Of a stretch of DNA of 64,000 nt, positions 56,890-64,000 are shown piece after piece. The notes below the pieces were generated by a model, which saw only the letters and a program-made list of their open reading frames with translations, was not told where the DNA came from and did not search any database. The DNA comes from Rhodospirillales bacterium (GTDB lineage: Bacteria > Pseudomonadota > Alphaproteobacteria > Bin95). The stretch's first letter is position 1. Each line of letters opens with the position of its first letter. Position numbers and translations under genes: made by a program. The stretch covers positions 288,001-352,000 of the forward strand of contig JAYQLI010000035.1 in the NCBI GenBank assembly GCA_038143065.1. The letters run 5' to 3'.

Positions 56890-57675
56890 ATGCGATGGGC
56901 ACGTTACCTTGTCGATGGAAAAGAAACTTTTGGTATTATAAATGGAGAGGACGTTATTGATGTTTTAGGAAATCCATTTGACGGTTTCCAACAAACTGAA
57001 AATAAGCGTTTGCTTTCTTCAACAAAACTATTGGCCCCTGTTATGCCTCGCACTTTTTACGCAGCAGGCCTTAATTATGCTGAGCATGTTCGCGAGGCGG
57101 CAAAGAAGCTTGGACGTTCTCCTGATCTCCCTCAGGCAGCAGATATCGGCTATCGGGCAATAAATTCTATCACCGGCCCAGATGACCCCATAATTGTACC
57201 TGCAGACGCAACAGAGCTCCTACAGTATGAGGGTGAACTTGTCGTTGTTATTGGTAAGGAAGCAAGAAACCTGAACGAAGACAATGTTTTGGACTGTATT
57301 CTTGGATACACTATTGGGAATGATGTTTCGGAGCGCACATGGCAAAAAGGTGACCGCACGATGTGGCGAGGCAAAAACACAGATACTTTTGCGCCCATGG
57401 GGCCATGGATTGAAACCGAATTCAACCTCAGCGAAGCAATGACGTCAGTTCGAGTTAATGGTCAAGAAAAGATTACATTTAAGACGGATTCATGGATATT
57501 TGGAATTAAGGAGTTTCTAATTCGCATGTCAGAGTATTGCACACTTTACCCTAGAGATGTCGTGTGGATGGGCACCGAAGGTAAAACTGACAATATGGTG
57601 CACGGCGACATTTGTGAAATTGAAATTACCGGCCTTGGTGTCCTAAGCAATACTGTTGAATGGCAGGGTAAATAA
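56890..57675 (+). CDS. Fumarylacetoacetate hydrolase family protein
   Basis: GLNYAEH, YEGELVVVIG, GYTIGNDVSER, GKNTDTFAPMGP. Confidence 0.92.
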   Translation: MRWARYLVDGKETFGIINGEDVIDVLGNPFDGFQQTENKRLLSSTKLLAPVMPRTFYAAGLNYAEHVREAAKKLGRSPDLPQAADIGYRAINSITGPDDPIIVPADATELLQYEGELVVVIGKEARNLNEDNVLDCILGYTIGNDVSERTWQKGDRTMWRGKNTDTFAPMGPWIETEFNLSEAMTSVRVNGQEKITFKTDSWIFGIKEFLIRMSEYCTLYPRDVVWMGTEGKTDNMVHGDICEIEITGLGVLSNTVEWQGK

Positions 57676-57716
57676 TTAATTGTGTCTCTGCGTCCTGCGA
57701 TTGAGTTAATCATAAT

Positions 57717-58867
57717 ATGGATTGGTTTGTACAACACTATGACGTCGCTGTAATCGGTGCAGGTATAGCAGGGGCATCAGTTGCAGCTGAGCTGGCGGGT
57801 TCTTGTCGGGTTGTTTTGCTCGAGCAGGAGGATCAAGCTGGATATCATACGACCGGTCGTTCTGCGGCCGTGTACGCCCCACTTTATGGTCCACAGCCTA
57901 TTCGCGCGCTAACTCGGGCATCTTTGGTGCGCTTCGAGAGGCCGGCGGAAGGTTTTGCAGATAGTCCACTGTTGTCAAAAATTGACGCCTTTTTTGTAGC
58001 ACGACCTGATCAGGAACTGGCGTTGGACACAATGCAAAAAGAGCTGATCGATGTCACAACAGTTCAGCGCGTTGGAGCCTCCGAATTGCTTGCGCGAATT
58101 CCACTGATGCGGGAAGGCTACGCTATTGGTGCTATTTGGGACAGCGGAACTTATGTGATCGATGTTGCAGCTCTGCATCATGAATATCTGCGCCGCTTTA
58201 AAAATGAAGGTGGCAATCTTATTTTGAGATCGGGCGTAATTGGGCTTGCGAGAACTAACCCTGGTTGGTGCATAAAAACCAAGTTAGGTGATATTACGGC
58301 AGACATAGTTATTAATGCAGCCGGAGCTTGGGCTGAGCAGGTTGGTCAAATGGCGAACGCCGAGCATATTGGCTTGGTTCCCAAACGCCGCACAGCGCTA
58401 ATAGTTGATGCACCAAAGGATATAGATGTCGCAGACTTACCATTTGTTGTGGATGTGGATGAGCAATTTTATCTTAAACCGGATGCAGGAAAGTTTCTTA
58501 TCTCACCAGCCAATGAAGATCCGGAAGTCCCTTGTGACGTGCGCCCTGATGAAATGGACATTGCTATTTGTATCGACCGGATAGAGCGTGCTTTCAATAT
58601 ATCAGTTCGGCGGATCGAAGCGAGTTGGGCAGGATTGCGAAGTTTTGTTGCAGATAAATGTCCTGTTGCCGGTTTTTCCTATCAAGCTGAAGGCTTTATT
58701 GGTTGGCAGGTCAAGGTGGATACGGCATTCAATCTGCACCTGCTCTTGCGCAATTAGCTGCGGCTGAGGTGCTAAGACGCCCAATTCCCGAACAAATATT
58801 AAAAGAAGGTCTCGACCTGGCCAAAATTAGGCCGGCCCGGCAAGGGATTGGTCGTGATGTTAATTGA
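57717..58867 (+). CDS. FAD-dependent oxidoreductase, DadA/DAO family (indel near 58697)
   Basis: IGAGIAG, GYHTTGRSAA, NAAGAWA, WAGLRSF, then WLAGQGGYGIQSAP in another frame to TGA at 58865-58867. Confidence 0.88.
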
Positions 58868-58908
58868 AGTAGATAGTGTTAAACTCTTGCACTTGGATAT
58901 GAATTAGG

Positions 58909-58936
58909 CTTGAAAATTCCTTTATAATTTCCATAT
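58909..58936 (+). promoter_or_regulatory. Sigma32 (RpoH) heat-shock promoter of ibpA
   Basis: CTTGAA-N16-CCATAT directly upstream of a small heat-shock gene. Confidence 0.8.
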
Positions 58937-58941
58937 CTGTT

Positions 58942-59021
58942 GAGCAGGCTAGCACGGGCTACTAATTAGACGTGTTAGATTGTTCCGCTTGCGCGTTCGC
59001 TTTCAAAGGAGGTTCGCGGTG
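58942..59021 (+). promoter_or_regulatory. ROSE-type RNA thermometer in the ibpA 5' UTR
   Basis: UUCGCU (58996-59001) pairs with SD AGGAG (59007-59011) with the characteristic bulged G; 5' hairpin GAGCAG/UUGUUC plus CUAGCACG/CGUGUUAG. Confidence 0.72.
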
Positions 59022-59432
59022 ACACGCTACACAGCTTTTAATAGCCCGTTAATGCTGGGTTTTGACCACCTTGAACGGCTCGTGGATAGCGTGGCAAAGT
59101 CATCCGCTGACGGCTATCCACCGTATAACATTGAACAGCTGGATGAAAATTCCATCCGAATAACTTTAGCTGTGGCTGGGTTCGCTCGCCGAGATCTTGA
59201 TGTGCAATTAGAAGATAACCAGCTGTTGATCCGTGGAAGACAGCCAGACGAACAAGAAGACAGGGTTTTCCTCCATAGAGGAATTGCCGGGCGTCAGTTC
59301 CAGCGGAGATTTGTATTGGCAGAGGGGTTAGAGGTCACTGCTGCCAATATGGAAAACGGTTTACTTCATATAGATCTTGAAAGGCCTCAGCCGATTACTC
59401 GTACTCGCACTATCGATATTCAAGGTTCTTAG
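59019..59432 (+). CDS. ibpA: Small heat shock protein IbpA/Hsp20
   Basis: GFDHL, YPPYNIE, LAVAGF, LHRGIA.RQFQRRF, NGLLHIDL; GTG start after AGGAGG. Confidence 0.93.
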   Translation: MTRYTAFNSPLMLGFDHLERLVDSVAKSSADGYPPYNIEQLDENSIRITLAVAGFARRDLDVQLEDNQLLIRGRQPDEQEDRVFLHRGIAGRQFQRRFVLAEGLEVTAANMENGLLHIDLERPQPITRTRTIDIQGS

Positions 59433-59446
59433 AAAGGGTCAATAGG

Positions 59447-59671
59447 ATGTCTGATAAATCTAGTTATGTTCCAACTGCCAATGACGTTGGTATAGATCTT
59501 GAGAGCATTGGTCTTTCTGATGTTGCGTATCTCCGTGAAGCGGTTGTAGACGGAGTCTCAGGATTTTCAATTCATGCAGCGAATGGCGTAAGTATTGGTT
59601 TCGCGCCTGGTGTTAACACGGCATTAGCAGCAATTATGACCAATGGGATGGAAATCGTTCAACTTCACTGA
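59447..59671 (+). CDS. DUF1150-family small protein
   Basis: VAYLR, IHAANG, C-terminal LH; typical partner downstream of ibpA in alphaproteobacteria. Confidence 0.75.
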   Translation: MSDKSSYVPTANDVGIDLESIGLSDVAYLREAVVDGVSGFSIHAANGVSIGFAPGVNTALAAIMTNGMEIVQLH

Positions 59672-59716
59672 ATAATTCTCATTTTCAGATTTCACGCTTT
59701 AGAGTACGGTCCATAA

Positions 59717-60977
59717 ATGATGGACCCTACCCAATTTTTAAAATCCCTTTTTGATGTCGCCGTTGAGCGAGCGCACCCCAGGATTGTGCTTAAACAAGCT
59801 TTGCCGTCAGCTCCAATTAGTGGTCGTGTGATTGTTTTAGAGCTGGGAAGGCTGCTGCTTCAATGGCTGCAATGTTAGAAGCATCTTGGGATCGCCCGCT
59901 AGAGGGGATTGTGGTCACTCGCTATGGCCATGGGTTACCTCTTCAATCAATTGAAGTGGTAGAAGCAGGTCACCCGATGCCGGATGCAGCTGGTGCTGAT
60001 GCCGCGAAGCGTATATTGGACTTAGCCTCCAGCGCGCAGGAAAATGATACCGTTATATTTCTTGCATCCGGAGGTGCGTCAGCTCTTCTAGCATTGCCGG
60101 ATGTAACAGTTCCTCTCCGTGATAAGCAGATAGTAACAAACGATCTACTGCGATCAGGTGCAACCATTCATCAGATGAATGCTGTTCGAAAACACCTTTC
60201 CAGTATTAAAGGTGGAAGATTGGCAGAGGCGGCCTCTCCAGCAAGGGTTTTAACCTTTGCGATTTCTGATGTTCCTGGAGATAATCCAGATGTCATTGGT
60301 TCAGGTCCCACAGTTCCTGATGAAACGACGCTTTCAGACGCATTGGCTGTTCTTGAAGCTTTTGAAATTAAGTCTCCAAGTTCAATAATTTCAAGATTGA
60401 GGAACCCCTTATCTGAAACCCTAAACAGGGGGATCCAATCTTCAACAACACAGAATTTCATATGATTGCTACTCCTCACGACGCTCTACTTGCCGCAAAG
60501 ATGGAAGCGGAACGACAGGGCGTTTCAGCAGTTATTCTCTCAGATAGGATAGAAGGAGAGGCCCGTGAGGTGGGCAAAGTTTTGGCTTCGTTAGCTAAGC
60601 ATACTGCTGATCATGGCGAGCCTTTTAAAAGACCAGTTGTACTGCTTTCAGGAGGTGAAACTACTGTCACTGTAAAAGGGTCTGGGAGGGGAGGGCGCAA
60701 TGCCGAATTCCTCTTAGGGCTAATGTTAGCTTTAGAGGGACATTCTCAAATTCATGCTATTGCTTGTGATACGGATGGGATTGATGGAAGCGAAGATAAT
60801 GCTGGTGCATGGGTCGGGCCGGAAGCTTTGAAGCAGTTACAGTCTATGAACATCGACGCAGCAGCTTGTTTGAATGATAATAATGCACACGCTGTATTCG
60901 AGGCCCTTAATTCATTGATTGTAACAGGACCGACACTTACCAACGTTAATGATTTCCGTGCGATACTGATTGCGTAG
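59717..60977 (+). CDS. Glycerate kinase, TtuD/MOFRL family (indels near 59840 and 60425)
   Basis: AGKAAASM, AGHPMPD, SGGASAL, KGGRL, SDVPGD, GGETTV, GGRN, DTDGIDG, TGPTLTNVNDFR. Confidence 0.92.
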
Positions 60978-60992
60978 AGATGGAGTAATCTG

Positions 60993-62435
60993 ATGAAGCG
61001 GCCTACAATCCGCCGCCAGCGGAACGTGAAAGTGGTGGCTACTCTTGGGCCATCAACAACAAGCTATGAGCAAATTCGTGCTGTATACGAAGCTGGTGCT
61101 GATGTTTTTCGTTTAAATTTTAGTCACGGAGAGCACGCCGAGCATGCTGCTAGAATGGAGATAATCCGGCGTATTGAGCAGGAATTTGGTCGACCAATTG
61201 GTGTTATGGCTGACATGCAAGGCCCTAAACTAAGGGTGGGGCGTTTTGAAAATGGGAAGGTTACCCTAAATGAAGGCGATAAATTCACGCTTGATCTAGA
61301 CCCCTCTCTAGGTGATAGCTCAAGAGTTCAACTCCCGCATAAAGAAATTTTACAGGCATTAGAGCCAGGCGTCGCTTTGCTTCTCGATGATGGTAGAATT
61401 CGTCTTAACGTACTGGAATGTAGTTCTGATGGCGCCGAAACTGAGGTTGTTGTTGGTGGTACCTTATCGGATCGCAAAGGTGTGAATGTCCCTGGTGTAA
61501 TTTTGCCGCTTTCGCCGTTAACTGAAAAGGACAAGAAAGATCTTGCTTATGCTCTTGAGATTGGTGCTGATTGGATAGCCCTATCTTTTGTTCAAAGACC
61601 AGAGGATCTGGCTGAAGCAAGAAAGCTTTTAGACGGACGGGCTGGCCTAATTACTAAGTTTGAAAAGCCAGCCGCTCTTCGGCATATGGACCAACTTGTT
61701 GAGCTGTCAGATGCCGTTATGGTGGCGAGAGGGGATTTAGGTGTTGAGGTCCCACCTGAAGATGTTCCTTTAGCACAAAAACGGCTGGTGCGATCCTGCA
61801 GGAGAGCAGGGAAGCCTGTCATTGTGGCAACCCAGATGCTCGAGAGTATGGTTACGGCTCCAACTCCAACACGAGCTGAAGCTTCAGACGTTGCAACCGC
61901 TATTTTTGATGGTGCAGATGCGATTATGTTGTCTGCTGAAAGCGCAGCTGGTCAGTATCCGGTTGAGGCAGTGTCAATGATGCATCGAATAGCTGTGCGG
62001 ATTGACAATGATGAGAGTTATCGCGAAGCATTGAATGCAGCGAGAGATAAGCCAGAAAAAACGGCCTCTGATGCAATTTCACAGGCGGCACGCCAGGTCG
62101 CAGAAACCATTTCAGCTTCCGTAATTGTTACATACACTACCTCGGGTTCAACAACGCTTCGAGCAAGTAGAGAACGGCCGGAAGCCCCCATTCTTGGGCT
62201 AACTTCAAGACTTGAAACTGCTCGTCGGCTCTCACTTGCTTGGGGTGTGCGTCCTGAACACACTGAGGATGTATCTAGTTTCGCAGAGATGGTGCGAAAG
62301 GCGTGTAATATCGCTTATCAGCGCGAACTAGCGAAACTGGGTGACCGAGTTGTTATTACTGCGGGAGTTCCATTTGGGACCCCGGGGGCAACAAATATCT
62401 TAAGGATTGCTTGGATAACAGGCGACGAAGCCTAA
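60993..62435 (+). CDS. pyk: Pyruvate kinase
   Basis: ATLGP, RLNFSHG, DMQGPKLR, MVARGDLGVE, ATQMLESM. Confidence 0.97.
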   Translation: MKRPTIRRQRNVKVVATLGPSTTSYEQIRAVYEAGADVFRLNFSHGEHAEHAARMEIIRRIEQEFGRPIGVMADMQGPKLRVGRFENGKVTLNEGDKFTLDLDPSLGDSSRVQLPHKEILQALEPGVALLLDDGRIRLNVLECSSDGAETEVVVGGTLSDRKGVNVPGVILPLSPLTEKDKKDLAYALEIGADWIALSFVQRPEDLAEARKLLDGRAGLITKFEKPAALRHMDQLVELSDAVMVARGDLGVEVPPEDVPLAQKRLVRSCRRAGKPVIVATQMLESMVTAPTPTRAEASDVATAIFDGADAIMLSAESAAGQYPVEAVSMMHRIAVRIDNDESYREALNAARDKPEKTASDAISQAARQVAETISASVIVTYTTSGSTTLRASRERPEAPILGLTSRLETARRLSLAWGVRPEHTEDVSSFAEMVRKACNIAYQRELAKLGDRVVITAGVPFGTPGATNILRIAWITGDEA

Positions 62436-62448
62436 CAAAGGAATAAAT

Positions 62449-63312
62449 ATGACCGATGCGGTGAAAGCGCGGATGGCTTCGACTGTACTTCTGATGCGTG
62501 ACGCGCCAGAGGGGCTCGAACTTTTTATGGTGGTGCGTAACCATCAAATTGATTTTGCCTCTGGTGCTTTAGTTTTTCCCGGTGGGTCTGTTGATCCTAG
62601 CGATAACGACCCTCGGCTCCGTTCTGTATCTGACGGTGTGGATGATGTTTCAGATGAAATGCTGGCGTTAATGGTCGCCGCGGCGCGTGAGGCATTTGAG
62701 GAATGTGGGGTTCTTTTGGCAAGGTCAAATGGTTCTAACGATTTGATTCAAGGGGATAGAGCAAATGAGTTAGGGCTTAAATATCGTGAAGCCCTAGAGA
62801 GTAGTCGTTTGGGAATGATCGATATAGCACAGGCGGAAGACATTCGCTTAGCACTTGATCGATTGGTACATTTTGCACATTGGATTACTCCTGCGCATAT
62901 GCCAAAGCGATTTGACACCCATTTTTTCTTGGCTGAGGCACCTTCGGATCAGCTGCTCGCCCATGATGGCCACGAGTCAATTGATTCAGTGTGGATCAGA
63001 CCTGCCGATGCCTGCAGTGAAGCAGATGACGGCAAAAGAACAATCATTTTTCCAACCCGATTGAATGTTGAAAAAGTAGGTAGAAATAGATCAGTGGGTG
63101 AGGCTATAGCAGCAGCTCGCTCTTCAAAGGTAGTTACTGTTCAGCCAGTGAGTGAGATGGTAGATGGTGGGCGTATAATGCGTATCCCGGAAGAAGCTGG
63201 GTATGGGGCGGCAGAACTTTTTGTCGAAGGAAAACCTGGAAAGGCTGCCCGAATTCGTTATCCGGATGGTCGAGAACGGGATACAGAAGTTGCTATGGCC
63301 TCTAAAGAGTGA
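62449..63312 (+). CDS. NUDIX hydrolase (NUDT19-like)
   Basis: VFPGGSVD, AAAREAFEECG, WITP..MPKRFDTHFF. Confidence 0.88.
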   Translation: MTDAVKARMASTVLLMRDAPEGLELFMVVRNHQIDFASGALVFPGGSVDPSDNDPRLRSVSDGVDDVSDEMLALMVAAAREAFEECGVLLARSNGSNDLIQGDRANELGLKYREALESSRLGMIDIAQAEDIRLALDRLVHFAHWITPAHMPKRFDTHFFLAEAPSDQLLAHDGHESIDSVWIRPADACSEADDGKRTIIFPTRLNVEKVGRNRSVGEAIAAARSSKVVTVQPVSEMVDGGRIMRIPEEAGYGAAELFVEGKPGKAARIRYPDGRERDTEVAMASKE

Positions 63313-63345
63313 TCATTTTAACGAACTTTCAATCGAAGAATTACA

Positions 63346-64000
63346 GTGAATAATTTACTAATCTTTGGGCTTGGCTATACAGGACAGCGTCTTGCACACA
63401 GCCTACAGCGGGAAGGTTGGGAAGTATTTGGAACTGTTAGAACAGCAGACAAGATAAAGCAGCTTAACGCTCAGGATTTGCAACCAGTTCTGTTTGAAGA
63501 GGTTGGTGATTTAATTCCAAAGGCAACACACATTCTCTGCAGTATTCCTCCAGGTGAAGAGGGTGATCCTGCTATAAACTCTTACGCCTCTGCCTTCAAA
63601 GTTAAGAAGTTTCAATGGGTGGGATATTTTTCAACCACAGGTGTTTACGGTGATTTGGGGTGATATGGCCACTGAAGTAACGCCAACAAATCCATCAAAT
63701 CTTCGCTCTTTGCGCCGGGTTCAAGCTGAACATAACTGGCAACTCCTCACCCCATCAGCACATGTTTTTCGTCTCCCAGGCATATATGGTCCGGGCCGAA
63801 GTATTCTCGACCGTATTAAAGGTGGGCAATCTTCTTATACCAAAAAGGTGGGCCATCGTTTTAGTCGTGTTCACGTGGATGATATTGTTGGTGCTGTTAT
63901 CGCTTCAATTAACAAACCGTGCCAGGGTAGCACTTATAATATAGTTGACGACTTGGCCGCAGAGACTGATGACCTTATTAAGTTTTCGTGCGGTCTGCTT
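63346..64000 (+). CDS. NAD-dependent epimerase/dehydratase, atypical SDR (indel near 63660; truncated by the window end)
   Basis: IFGLGYTG, STTGVYGD, then FRLPGIYGPGR and FSRVHVDDI in another frame. Confidence 0.85.

Noticed and set aside
42300-58867. Catabolic cluster as a tRNA-Glu-integrated genomic island
   Set aside because: The cluster lies on the 5' side of the minus-strand tRNA; no integrase, att repeat or obvious GC shift was seen
59717-62435. Glycerate kinase plus pyk as a tartrate-utilisation (ttuDE) locus
   Set aside because: The pair is widespread in alphaproteobacteria, and ttuABC are absent from the window

Overview
64 kb of a chromosome from an alphaproteobacterium, probably Rhodospirillales-like. 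The assignment rests on gene order and the GTTC-N7-GTTC LexA box; GC is roughly mid-40s by eye. Positions 1-43 kb are mostly core genes: lexA, moeA, moaC, trpEGDC, ppiD, tpiA, secG, pyrG, kdsA, eno, ftsB, pdhABC, lpdA, lipA, ratA, pncC, pgpA, ispDF, ntrBC, ntrYX, trkA, dat, hfq, hflX, mazG, hisI, sufE, a dihydroorotase, argE and tRNA-Glu. Positions 44-59 kb are a dense cluster of small-molecule catabolic enzymes with no regulator or transporter gene. It holds a family III CoA-transferase, two MDR reductases, a RipB/Ich-like MaoC hydratase, a TcuA-like flavoprotein operon with a beta-hydroxyacid dehydrogenase and two tandem metallo-lactonases, and an EthD protein with an atypical CinA. It also holds a MAPEG protein, a TauD dioxygenase with a Cys-less thiolase and a DUF35 partner, an FAH-family enzyme and an FAD oxidoreductase. 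This cluster is the best candidate for an undescribed system, possibly lactone or branched carboxylic-acid catabolism, but its substrate cannot be read from the sequence. The window ends with ibpA (sigma32 promoter plus ROSE thermometer), DUF1150, glycerate kinase, pyk, a NUDIX hydrolase and a truncated epimerase. About two dozen genes, including essential ones, carry single-base indels, mostly in homopolymers, and two carry in-frame TAGs. These are read as long-read consensus errors, so split genes are annotated as single CDSs. No CRISPR, rRNA, integrase or IS was seen. All product calls come from motif recognition, not database searches.
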